Positions 1-8,155 of a DNA stretch of 15,307 nt are shown here, piece after piece (within the stretch, counting starts at the first letter, position 1; the number at the start of each line of letters is the position of its first letter). The stretch comes from Deinococcales bacterium. Its GTDB lineage: Bacteria > Deinococcota > Deinococci > Deinococcales > JAAFIG01. The stretch covers positions 1 to 15,307 of the forward strand of contig JANNVX010000080.1 in assembly GCA_031414595.1 (NCBI GenBank), written 5' to 3'. The notes below the pieces were generated by a model. That model searched no databases, was not told the origin of the DNA, and saw only the letters and a list, made by a program, of their open reading frames with translations. The translations under genes were made by a program, and so were the position numbers.

Positions 1-111
1 CCATATCACTTGGCGACGAGTTTTTTCTTTGGCATCTTTGCACTGTTTGTAGTGTTTCTCGAGTTCTTCAGTCGTATGGTGGGCGGTTAGAGGTGTGCCT
101 AATCTTGACAT
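1..111 (-). CDS. IS630-family transposase, N-terminal (helix-turn-helix) part, truncated by window edge
   Basis: Manual translation of the minus strand from ATG at 111: MSRLGTPLTAHHTTEELEKHYKQCKDAKEKTRRQVIW, open to the edge. Resembles the 'H..EEL...Y....D..E..R.Q.IW' N-terminus of IS630 transposases. AAGGA lies just upstream. Confidence 0.75.
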   Translation of the reverse strand, partial: MSRLGTPLTAHHTTEELEKHYKQCKDAKEKTRRQVIW

Positions 112-137
112 TCCTTATTATCTACCTAAAGTTGGTA
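1..137 (-). mobile_element. IS630-like insertion sequence, left end
   Basis: Putative end TA-CCAACTTTAGGTAGAT (minus strand, TA at 136-137) precedes the transposase start. IS630 elements target TA, and phosphoesterase-like sequence begins right after this TA. Confidence 0.65.
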
Positions 138-496
138 TCAGTCCACAATTCTCTAAATTACGCTCGATTGATACAACCATCATTCATCAAAAATCCAAGT
201 TCTTTCTCGAGCAACAATTTCTTAAGCATCAGGGTAGAAAGTTGGTTGTGATTACACACCATGCCCCAAGTAAACGCTCTGTACCCCTCGAGTTTCAAAC
301 CGATATTCTTAGTGCCGCTTACGCCTCGAGCTTGGACGCTTTTGTGGAAAGTTCAGGTGCAAGACTTTGGATTCATGGGCATTTGCATCAGGCTCAGGAT
401 TACTTTATTGGGAATACCCGAGTTATTTGTAACGCACGGGGCTATCCCGACGAAATTGTAACGGGGTTTTCTAACAGCCTGACATTAGAAATCTAA
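137..496 (+). pseudogene. Metallophosphoesterase (calcineurin-like), C-terminal fragment, IS-interrupted
   Basis: Motifs VVITHHAP, WIHGHLH and VICNARGY are present. The N-terminal DxH/GD/GNH motifs are absent. The first 14 codons of the 95..496 ORF lie within the putative IS end. Confidence 0.75.
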
Positions 497-499
497 TTC

Positions 500-850
500 T
501 CAACGCAGCAAATTTTGAACATAGACTTTAATTATCTCGAGTCGTGCTTTACAGTCGGCTACATCTCGGGCATATTCGATTGACGAAAAGCACTCATAAC
601 GAGCTTGAAATGCCAAATCGCTCAGAAGTTTGTAACGCACATATAAAACCCTGAGTTCTGAATGTTCACGTAATTCTTCGGCTCGTTCGGCATGATTGCC
701 AACTCGAATTCCAAAACGCAATAAGGCAGCATTTATCAAATGAACTGCTGAGTAAAAGTACGCCACAATTTTCCAATCAGGCGCAACTATTTGTTCTGCA
801 TTAGCTTCATGTTCCTTTGCCCTACGCATATGGTCAGCAATTTGATTCAC
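500..850 (-). CDS. HEPN-domain protein (putative toxin/RNase)
   Basis: 116 aa, predicted helical, with pattern A..H.....DW....FYSAVH...A.L......NH..R ... Y..L......ARY typical of small HEPN proteins. Coupled to the upstream gene by a GTGA overlap at 847-850. Confidence 0.7.
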   Translation of the reverse strand: MNQIADHMRRAKEHEANAEQIVAPDWKIVAYFYSAVHLINAALLRFGIRVGNHAERAEELREHSELRVLYVRYKLLSDLAFQARYECFSSIEYARDVADCKARLEIIKVYVQNLLR

Positions 851-1170
851 GCTTTTAACCAGCGCAAAGAAAATTGAATATCAGGATAATCTTGTTCAAT
901 ACTTGCTTGAAGTGCTTCAATTTGTATGGCAGTCTCTTCGGAATAAACAACAAAACGCCATGCACCTTCAATTAAATTTGGCTTCACATTCCAAATCTCG
1001 AGTTTGGTAATTAAACCTTTTGCAACAATCTGTTCGGCTAATTCAAATAAGCGTTGTTGCACCGTCATTACAGGGCGAAGATTTGTGGTCTCGAGGTAGG
1101 CTTGTGCAAGTTGTTGCACGGCTGCCCAATTTGCATCTGGTACTTCTCGAGTTTTTGCAAATTCGCCCAT
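847..1170 (-). CDS. Hypothetical protein, putative antitoxin/partner of the HEPN protein
   Basis: 107-aa ORF with TATAAT 6 nt before its ATG and a stop overlapping the HEPN start. No clear GS/DxD nucleotidyltransferase motif. Confidence 0.65.
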   Translation of the reverse strand: MGEFAKTREVPDANWAAVQQLAQAYLETTNLRPVMTVQQRLFELAEQIVAKGLITKLEIWNVKPNLIEGAWRFVVYSEETAIQIEALQASIEQDYPDIQFSLRWLKA

Positions 1171-1176
1171 CTTAAA

Positions 1177-1182
1177 ATTATA
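1177..1182 (-). promoter_or_regulatory. -10 element (TATAAT) of probable leaderless promoter
   Basis: Minus strand TATAAT-tttaag-ATG; no SD sequence. Confidence 0.65.
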
Positions 1183-1240
1183 GCCTAAATTAGAAAGGAT
1201 TTATACCCTAATGCGGATTTTGCCTTGCTCGAAAACATAC

Positions 1241-1275
1241 CAAAAAATACGCCTTTGAGAATTCTCAAAGGCGCT
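1241..1275 (-). terminator. Rho-independent terminator after fusA
   Basis: Perfect 24-bp palindrome CGCCTTTGAGAATTCTCAAAGGCG (1250-1273) followed on the minus strand by TATTTTTT, 14 nt after the fusA stop. Confidence 0.85.
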
Positions 1276-1287
1276 CTTGTACACCAC

Positions 1288-3387
1288 TTACTTATTCTTA
1301 ATCAGGGTTTCCATAATCGAACGTGGAACTTCGCTGTAATGGTCAAAGAACATGCTGTAACTGGCGCGTCCTTGGGTCATCGAGCGCATGTCGGTAGCGT
1401 AACCGAACATTTCCGAAAGCGGCACGTGGGCTTTGACCAAGCGGGCATTGCCGCGTTCATCCATACCTTGGATTTGTCCACGACGACCATTTAAGTCGCC
1501 GATGATGCTGCCCATGTATTCTTCTGGCACAACCACTTCGACCCGCATAATCGGCTCGAGAATGGCTGGTGCGCCTTTCTGCACAGCTTCTTTAAGTGCC
1601 ATGCTACCCGCAATTTTGAACGCCATTTCCGAGGAGTCAACATCGTGGTAACTGCCGCCGGTCATCGTGACTTTCAAATCCACAATTGGGAAACCAATCA
1701 GCGGACCCGAGGTCAGGCTTTCTTCCATACCTTTTTGGGCAGGTCCAACAAATTCGCGTGGAACTTCGCCGCCCACCACGGCGTTCTCGAATTGGAAGCC
1801 TTCGCCGCGTCCGAGTGGTTCGGCGGTAATTTTAACGTGTCCGAATTGTCCACGACCACCGGATTGACGCACAAACTTGCCTTCGCAGTCTACACGCTTG
1901 GTGATTGTTTCACGGTAGGCGACTTGTGGAGCGCCAACGTTTGATTCGACCTTAAATTCACGGCGCAAACGGTCTACCAGAATCTCGAGGTGAAGTTCGC
2001 CCATGCCGCTAATGATCGTTTGACCGCTCTCTTGGTTGGTTTCAACGCGGAAAGTTGGGTCTTCTTCGGCGAGTTTCGCCAGTCCAGCCCCCATGCGGTC
2101 TTGGTCAGCTTTGGTCTTTGGTTCGACCGATAAGCTAATCACTGGGTCTGGAATTTCGATTCGCTCGAGCATCACGACGTTGTCATTGTCGCCAATGATC
2201 GTGTCGCCTGTCGAAGCATCTTTTACACCCACAACCGCACCGATGTCGCCAGCCCGAAGCTCGGCAATTTCTTCACGGTGATTGGCGTGCATTTTTAACA
2301 AGCGCCCAACCCGTTCTTTTTTGCCCTTGCTCGAGTTATAGACATAACTGCCACTGACCAATGTTCCCGAGTAAACCCGCACAAAGGTCAGACGACCAAC
2401 GTAAGGGTCGGTCATAATCTTAAATGCCAGTCCAGCCAAAGACCCTTTTGGATCAGATGGGAATTCAATTTCGTTGCCTTCTTCGTCTGTGCCTTTAATC
2501 GGCGGGACATCCAAGGGGCTTGGCAAGTAATCAATCACCGCGTCAAGCATCAATTGAACACCTTTGTTTTTTAAGGCACTGCCGCAAAGCACTGGGAACA
2601 TAATCATGCTGATTGTTCCGACCCGAAGCGCGGACTTGAGTTCCATTTCAGAGACTTCTTCGCCCTCGAGAAACTTCATCATCACGTTCTCGTCGGCATC
2701 AGCTGCCACTTCGACCAGTTCAGCACGGGCTTTGGTCGCCCGCTCGAGCCAATCGGCTGGAATTTCGGTTTCTTCGATGTCTGTACCAAGGTCATTATGG
2801 AAAAAATGCGCCCGCATCCGTACCAAATCAATGATGCCGACAAATTGGTCTTCTGCACCCATTGGGAGTTGAATCGGGGCTGGTTTTGCACCAAGGCGTT
2901 CTTTGATGTCGTTGACTACAAGGTTAAAGTCTGCACCAGTCTTGTCCATTTTGTTACTAAAAGCAATGCGTGGCACACGGTAACGGTCGGCTTGCCGCCA
3001 AACGGTTTCGGATTGTGGCTCGACACCTTGGCTCGAATCAAAGACGGCGACTGCGCCATCTAAAACACGCATACTGCGTTCGACTTCGATGGTGAAATCG
3101 ACGTGACCGGGGGTATCAATGATGTTGACCACAAATGGAATGCCGTACTGTGCATGTGTCCATTCGGCGGTGGTGGCGGCGGCAGTGATGGTGATACCAC
3201 GTTCGCGTTCTTGCTCCATCCAGTCCATGGTGGCAGCGCCTTCGTGAACCTCACCGATTTTATGAACGCGCCCAGTGTAATATAAGATGCGTTCGGTGGT
3301 GGTGGTTTTACCAGCGTCAATGTGCGCCGCGATGCCAATGTTACGGGTGGTATTGAGGTAATTTTTAAGGTCAAGGTCTTTGAACAT
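1288..3387 (-). CDS. fusA: Elongation factor G
   Basis: [43 protein letters not shown] motifs. Start most likely ATG at 3387 (GGAG 9 nt upstream) rather than TTG at 3393. Confidence 0.99.
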   Translation of the reverse strand: MFKDLDLKNYLNTTRNIGIAAHIDAGKTTTTERILYYTGRVHKIGEVHEGAATMDWMEQERERGITITAAATTAEWTHAQYGIPFVVNIIDTPGHVDFTIEVERSMRVLDGAVAVFDSSQGVEPQSETVWRQADRYRVPRIAFSNKMDKTGADFNLVVNDIKERLGAKPAPIQLPMGAEDQFVGIIDLVRMRAHFFHNDLGTDIEETEIPADWLERATKARAELVEVAADADENVMMKFLEGEEVSEMELKSALRVGTISMIMFPVLCGSALKNKGVQLMLDAVIDYLPSPLDVPPIKGTDEEGNEIEFPSDPKGSLAGLAFKIMTDPYVGRLTFVRVYSGTLVSGSYVYNSSKGKKERVGRLLKMHANHREEIAELRAGDIGAVVGVKDASTGDTIIGDNDNVVMLERIEIPDPVISLSVEPKTKADQDRMGAGLAKLAEEDPTFRVETNQESGQTIISGMGELHLEILVDRLRREFKVESNVGAPQVAYRETITKRVDCEGKFVRQSGGRGQFGHVKITAEPLGRGEGFQFENAVVGGEVPREFVGPAQKGMEESLTSGPLIGFPIVDLKVTMTGGSYHDVDSSEMAFKIAGSMALKEAVQKGAPAILEPIMRVEVVVPEEYMGSIIGDLNGRRGQIQGMDERGNARLVKAHVPLSEMFGYATDMRSMTQGRASYSMFFDHYSEVPRSIMETLIKNK

Positions 3388-3417
3388 ATACAATTGCTCC
3401 TAGTGAGCGACTGAGCT

Positions 3418-3534
3418 TTAAGGCTCGAGAGGGATTAAAACCGAAAACCAGATCACAGCAGGTTGCCGTAATGCCAGAAGGCAACCAGACGCACTTATTA
3501 AGGTTTCATCGGTTACTATTTCCATTTGATTCAC
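3418..3534 (-). CDS. Putative small ORF (38 aa) between rpsG and fusA
   Basis: AGGAGGTG (3548-3541), 6-nt spacer, GTG start. Translation MNQMEIVTDETLISASGCLLALRQPAVIWFSVLIPLEP*, ending 30 nt before the fusA ATG. Confidence 0.45.
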   Translation of the reverse strand: MNQMEIVTDETLISASGCLLALRQPAVIWFSVLIPLEP

Positions 3535-3613
3535 GGGACTCACCTCCTGACTATCTTTCCTCGAGTCGAACAACTCTCGAGATTCTGCACTTATTTTTGC
3601 GGTTTGAATGTCA

Positions 3614-3657
3614 GCTAAAGTTCAGATTTAACTTATCGGCTAAAGTTCAGACTTATC
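3614..3657. repeat. Direct repeat GCTAAAGTTCAGA x2 (25-bp period), each followed by ACTTATC
   Basis: Copies at 3614-3626 and 3639-3651; ACTTATC at 3631-3637 and 3651-3657. Confidence 0.8.
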
Positions 3658-3676
3658 TTCTTTTGGCTCACATTAA

Positions 3677-3712
3677 GAGACCGCCCTGTCGCAAGGGTGC
3701 GCTGGCGGTCTC
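3677..3712 (-). other. GC-rich stem-loop just after the rpsG stop (attenuator or processing element?)
   Basis: 9-bp stem GAGACCGCC/GGCGGTCTC with only a weak U-tract (TTAATG) on the mRNA strand. Confidence 0.5.
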
Positions 3713-3729
3713 GAGAAATTTATGCCAGA

Positions 3730-4200
3730 TTACCAGCGATAATGGGCGTAAGCACGGTTGGCTTCTGCCATACGTTCGACATCATCTTTCTTCTTGATTG
3801 CCCCGCCGCGACCTTGGGCAGCATCAAGGATTTCTCCTGCGACGCGCTCAATGGCGGTGCGTTCTGGGCGGGTGTTGGCAGCCCCAACCAACCAACGCAG
3901 CGCAAGGCTTTGTTGACGGCGTACCGAAACTTCGACTGGAACTTGGTAGGTGCTTCCACCGACGCGGCGGCTACGAACTTCGACGCGGGGTTTGATGTTA
4001 TCAAAAGCGCTCTTAAAGACACGCATTGGTTCTTGACCGCTTTTATCTTGAATCAGGCGGCACGCGCCATAAAAGATTTTACTGGCAAGGTTCTTCTTGC
4101 CGCGTTCCATCAGGCGGTTGATTAAACTCGAGACGATGACATCGTTATAAACGAGGTCTGGTTGAATAACCCTTACTTCTGCTTGGCGACGACGTGACAT
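3730..4200 (-). CDS. rpsG: 30S ribosomal protein S7
   Basis: MSRRR..., RRVGGSTYQVP, MAEANRAYAHYRW. Confidence 0.99.
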   Translation of the reverse strand: MSRRRQAEVRVIQPDLVYNDVIVSSLINRLMERGKKNLASKIFYGACRLIQDKSGQEPMRVFKSAFDNIKPRVEVRSRRVGGSTYQVPVEVSVRRQQSLALRWLVGAANTRPERTAIERVAGEILDAAQGRGGAIKKKDDVERMAEANRAYAHYRW

Positions 4201-4210
4201 GGTTTACCCC

Positions 4211-4618
4211 TTACTTCTTCTTGGCTGGGGCTGCGCCTTTAGCGCCCGCCTTGGCTTTCTTCGTACCGTACTTGCTCCGAGACTTATTGCGGTCTTTGAC
4301 ACCTTGCGTGTCAAGTGTTCCGCGAATAATGTGGTAACGCACACCCGGCAAGTCCTTCACACGCCCACCACGAATCAAAACAACACTGTGTTCTTGGAGG
4401 TTGTGTCCTTCGCCCGGGATATAAGCAGTGACTTCAAAAGCACTGCTTAAGCGCACACGGGCAATTTTACGAAGCGCCGAGTTTGGCTTCTTCGGGGTGG
4501 TGGTCTTGACCACGGTACAAACACCACGGCGGAAGGGGCTGCCTTTGAGCGCTGGGACTTTGCTCTTTTTCACCAGCACACGGCGACCTTTTCTTAATAA
4601 TTGCTGAACTGTTGGCAT
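4211..4618 (-). CDS. rpsL: 30S ribosomal protein S12
   Basis: [28 protein letters not shown]; Lys/Ala-rich C-terminal tail; AAGGAG SD. Confidence 0.99.
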   Translation of the reverse strand: MPTVQQLLRKGRRVLVKKSKVPALKGSPFRRGVCTVVKTTTPKKPNSALRKIARVRLSSAFEVTAYIPGEGHNLQEHSVVLIRGGRVKDLPGVRYHIIRGTLDTQGVKDRNKSRSKYGTKKAKAGAKGAAPAKKK

Positions 4619-4731
4619 TCGACTCCTTCTCGAGTTCGACTACGGGTTTTTAACGTCCCCCGCAGTTGCTCTTTTTTTGCCTTTGTTAATTTCAAAGGTA
4701 ACGGCTTTATTAGCCTCGAGCAAACCGTGAA

Positions 4732-4760
4732 AGTGTACTCGAGGCATGTAAAAAACGCAA
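4732..4760 (-). promoter_or_regulatory. Sigma-70-type promoter of the str operon
   Basis: Minus strand TTGCGT (4760-4755) - 17 bp - TACACT (4737-4732). Confidence 0.65.
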
Positions 4761-4837
4761 GGGGCAAAAAAGCGGTCAGACCTTTTGGCATTCGCCAACG
4801 AATTTGTTAGACTTATCGCACACTGCAAGGAGGCATC

Positions 4838-6952
4838 ATGTTTGAACTATCTATGCTCGAGAAGGTTATGTTTGTATTGGTTGCAGCGGTTTTTGGTTCA
4901 TGGGGCATCCTCTATTTTTACCGAATTTACCAAGCGATTTCACGCGGCTCACCAGATACCGAAGACCGCTTTGATAACTTGCCAAGTCGAATAGGCGCGG
5001 CACTCTGGACAACCATCACCATGTCTCGAGTCTTCAGAGACCGCTTTTGGGTGAGTTTATTGCACTCTGGGATTTTCTTGGGTTTCACCTATTATTTGTT
5101 GGTCAATGTGGTGGACGGCTTAGAGGGTTTTTTTGGTTTTCATGTTAAAAGTAACACTTGGTATACAGCCCTATATTTGCTGAGTGCCGATTTATTAACT
5201 GGGGCAATTTTACTGGGTGTGATTGGGCTTTGGCTTCGGCGCTTTTTTACAACGGATGGCGCAAAAACCTTTTCGTTCAATCCGCGTACCCTGCTGCATG
5301 AAGCCATTAAAAATGGAAAAATCCCCACCGACAGCGGTATTGTCTCGGGGTTTATTGCTTTTCATGTTGGAATGCGTTTTCTTGGGCAAGGCTTAAAATT
5401 ACTCGAGTCTGGAACAAATCCGGATGTGTTTCAGCCTTTGGCAAGCCTGATGGCTGGGGTAATTGCGACGCTTGCTCCATCCGAAAGTTCAATTATTACT
5501 GGGCTGCATATTACGTTTTGGGGCGCACTTGGTAGCATTCTGGTGTTTTTGCCATATTTTGCGCGTTCTAAACACATTCACATTGCCACAGCTACCATCA
5601 ATTATGCCTTCGAGCGGCGGCGTGATGGGCAGCCGCTAAGCAGTGGGGTGATTCCTTTTATGGATTTAAGTGTTCTCGAGTCTGAAGAGCCTAAAGTTGG
5701 AGCATTACGGCTCGAGGATTTGAGCTTTCCAAGGCTGCTCGATGCCTACGCTTGTATTCAGTGTAATCGCTGTCAGGATGTCTGCCCCGCCAACGCCACA
5801 GGCAAGGCACTCAGTCCAGCCGCACTCGAGATTAACAAGCGCATGGAGTTGAATGCCTTAATCGGCAGCCCATTTGAACTGCGCCCGAGTTTTTTAGCTG
5901 GTGAGGCTTCACCGCGACCACTCTTAGAGTTTGCGATTAACCAAGAATCGGTCTGGGGTTGTACCACTTGCGGCGCGTGTATGCAGGTTTGCCCTGTACA
6001 GGACGAACAAATGCTTGACATTATTGATATTCGTCGGGAACGGGTGATGATGGCTGGTGAATTTCCAAAGCAATTACAAACTGCCTTTACAGGCATGGAG
6101 CGCCAAGGCAATCCGTGGGGTATCAGCAGCGATAAACGCATGGAATGGGCAGAAGGCTTAAATGTGCCGACCATAGACCAAAATCCAAATCCAGACGTGC
6201 TGTACTGGGTCGGTTGTGCCGCGACCTATGACCCAAGCGCCCAGAAAGTCTCGAGGAGCTTTGTGCAACTGCTGCAAGCTGCCAAGGTCAACTTTGCGGT
6301 GCTGGGCAAGAAAGAAAGTTGCACCGGCGATACAGCACGGCGGACTGGCAACGAGTACCTATACCAAGAACTGGCGAGTAAAAATGTAGCGGTTCTCAAC
6401 AGTCTCAATCCAAAACTGATTGTTGCCACCTGCCCACACTGCATGAACATGATTGGCAACGAGTACCCGCAACTTGGTGGGAATTACACCGTCATGCACC
6501 ACACCACCTACCTCGAGCAATTGGTCTCGGATAAATTACTCGAGATGGCGGATTTCTCGAGTGGCAGCATCACTTATCACGACCCCTGCTATTTGGGGCG
6601 GCACAATGGGGTCTACGATGCACCACGCGAGAACCTCAAGAACATTGGTTTTGAAATCCTCGAGCTAGAACGCAGCCGCGATAAGAGTTTTTGTTGTGGT
6701 GCGGGCGGTGGACAGTTTTGGAAAGAAGAAGAACACGGCACAGAACGGGTCTCGGACAACCGAATGCGAGAAATTAAGCGAACCGTCTCGAGCCAGCCCG
6801 AAAAAATCGTGGCGGTCGGTTGCCCATTCTGTAAAAGTATGCTGCAAAGTACGCCCGAAGCCCAAGACAGTGGTGTGGCAATCAAGGATGTGGCAGAACT
6901 GATGCTCGAGAATCTGAATACAGGGCGGAGCAAAGGAGTCGTAGCCAATTAA
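4838..6952 (+). CDS. Membrane-bound Fe-S oxidoreductase (FadF/GlpC/HdrD-like, CCG domains)
   Basis: N-terminal TM helices; two CxxCxxCxxxCP motifs (CIQCNRCQDVCP, CTTCGACMQVCP); CCG-domain motifs (ESCTGD, CPHC, YHDPC, CCGAGG, CPFC); AGGAGG SD. Confidence 0.92.
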   Translation: MFELSMLEKVMFVLVAAVFGSWGILYFYRIYQAISRGSPDTEDRFDNLPSRIGAALWTTITMSRVFRDRFWVSLLHSGIFLGFTYYLLVNVVDGLEGFFGFHVKSNTWYTALYLLSADLLTGAILLGVIGLWLRRFFTTDGAKTFSFNPRTLLHEAIKNGKIPTDSGIVSGFIAFHVGMRFLGQGLKLLESGTNPDVFQPLASLMAGVIATLAPSESSIITGLHITFWGALGSILVFLPYFARSKHIHIATATINYAFERRRDGQPLSSGVIPFMDLSVLESEEPKVGALRLEDLSFPRLLDAYACIQCNRCQDVCPANATGKALSPAALEINKRMELNALIGSPFELRPSFLAGEASPRPLLEFAINQESVWGCTTCGACMQVCPVQDEQMLDIIDIRRERVMMAGEFPKQLQTAFTGMERQGNPWGISSDKRMEWAEGLNVPTIDQNPNPDVLYWVGCAATYDPSAQKVSRSFVQLLQAAKVNFAVLGKKESCTGDTARRTGNEYLYQELASKNVAVLNSLNPKLIVATCPHCMNMIGNEYPQLGGNYTVMHHTTYLEQLVSDKLLEMADFSSGSITYHDPCYLGRHNGVYDAPRENLKNIGFEILELERSRDKSFCCGAGGGQFWKEEEHGTERVSDNRMREIKRTVSSQPEKIVAVGCPFCKSMLQSTPEAQDSGVAIKDVAELMLENLNTGRSKGVVAN

Positions 6953-6958
6953 ATATCG

Positions 6959-6973
6959 CCGAGGCTGCCTCGG
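6959..6973 (+). terminator. Hairpin after the oxidoreductase gene (possible terminator or REP-like)
   Basis: CCGAGGC-T-GCCTCGG inverted repeat with a weak U-tract. Confidence 0.35.
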
Positions 6974-7078
6974 AGTATTCGTGACACACTACTCTGAAAT
7001 TCAAGAAAAATTCAGTCCACTTATGGTTTTACGGTTAATGTTGGTATTTCTTGTTGTATAAAGTCGTAAACTTTAGAT

Positions 7079-8155
7079 GTGAATCATTCTTATTTCGATC
7101 TTCTGCCCATGCAAAATGGGGCGTTTACCAAACCGGGTCTGCCGAGTTTTCCTTGGCTCGAGTTAAGCCAAACCTTGCTGCTCGAGGCGTTAGAAAACCA
7201 AAAACTAGGCAAAGTGACGGATATTTCTGCTCGTGGTGGTGCGGTGGCGTTGGCACTGCAAAAAAATGGCGCAAAAGTTGTGGTCTCTGATTCTAGCGCC
7301 GCAGCCTTGTCGTGTCTTGCAAAAACAAATTTACAGATTGGGATGTTTGACAATGCCGATGCAGTGATTGCAATTCTAAACGGTGAACGTGGCAATGCTC
7401 GAGTCATGCACACGATACTCGAGGCGTGGCGTTGTACCAAAGCTGGTGGAACTGCATTTTTGGCTGGCGATAAAGACAAAGGCTTTGAGCGTTATTTTAA
7501 GCAAGCCAAAACCATTTTTGGAACTGGCGAGATTATTGCTCGGGGCAAGGGTTTTCGGGTGGCAAAACTCGAGAAAACCCTGCTCGAGACTCCCACGCCA
7601 CTCGAGCCTCTGACGTTTGCTGTGGAAGCTCGAGGGCTAACCCTGCAAGCTGTAGCCCACGCTGGGACGTTTGCTTCGGGTAAGCTCGATGCCGCAAGTA
7701 GCCTACTGCTCGAGCATCTGCCAAATGGTGCTGGGCGTACAGTGCTGGATATTGGCGCGGGTTACGGGGTGCTGTCTGGGTTTTTGGCGCTCGAGGGGGC
7801 AAAAGTGACCTTGCTCGAAGACGATGCCTTAAGTGTACAGAGTGCTTCTGATACACTTAAAGCCAACGGTTTAATGGGAACGGTACTGCATTCGGATGTG
7901 GATTCTGCCCTCGAGCCAAGTGCCAAATTTGACTTGATTGTTATGAATCCACCGTTTCATGTCGGTAAGGACATGCGTTTGGATGTGGCGCTAGAATTTA
8001 TTGCCGCCGCCAAACGCCATGCGACCCATACATGCGAAGTGTATTTGGTGGCAAATCACTTTTTGCCATACGAGACACCACTCGCCAGCCTTGGTAAACT
8101 CGAGACGGTGGTCAATACCAAGGGCTTTAAGGTGCTAAAAGTTTCTTTGGGCTAG
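7079..8155 (+). CDS. Class I SAM-dependent methyltransferase, RsmC/MTS-like
   Basis: GTFASGKLD..S.LL, VLDIGAGYG, FDLIVMNPPFH and LVAN.FLPY motifs with a degenerate N-terminal domain. TAAACT lies 6 nt before the GTG start. Confidence 0.9.
   Translation: MNHSYFDLLPMQNGAFTKPGLPSFPWLELSQTLLLEALENQKLGKVTDISARGGAVALALQKNGAKVVVSDSSAAALSCLAKTNLQIGMFDNADAVIAILNGERGNARVMHTILEAWRCTKAGGTAFLAGDKDKGFERYFKQAKTIFGTGEIIARGKGFRVAKLEKTLLETPTPLEPLTFAVEARGLTLQAVAHAGTFASGKLDAASSLLLEHLPNGAGRTVLDIGAGYGVLSGFLALEGAKVTLLEDDALSVQSASDTLKANGLMGTVLHSDVDSALEPSAKFDLIVMNPPFHVGKDMRLDVALEFIAAAKRHATHTCEVYLVANHFLPYETPLASLGKLETVVNTKGFKVLKVSLG

Noticed and set aside
95-136. GTG start and first residues of ORF 95..496
   Set aside because: They lie inside the putative IS end and overlap the divergent transposase start; probably not the native N-terminus.
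1225-3374. Multiple 60-104 aa ORFs overlapping fusA
   Set aside because: Antisense or out-of-frame shadows of a highly conserved gene, with no recognisable motifs.
3614-3657. Direct repeats as a possible mini-CRISPR
   Set aside because: Only two 13-bp copies with a 12-bp gap; no cas genes or leader.
3471-3797. 108-aa plus-strand ORF across the rpsG-fusA spacer
   Set aside because: Antisense to the str operon, overlaps rpsG, no SD and no protein-like features.
4211-4618. Streptomycin-resistance-type substitutions in S12
   Set aside because: The PKKPNS and RVKDLPG loops are wild-type.
4594-4994. Short ORFs in the rpsL/oxidoreductase divergent region
   Set aside because: They overlap promoters and real genes and lack RBS or recognisable motifs.
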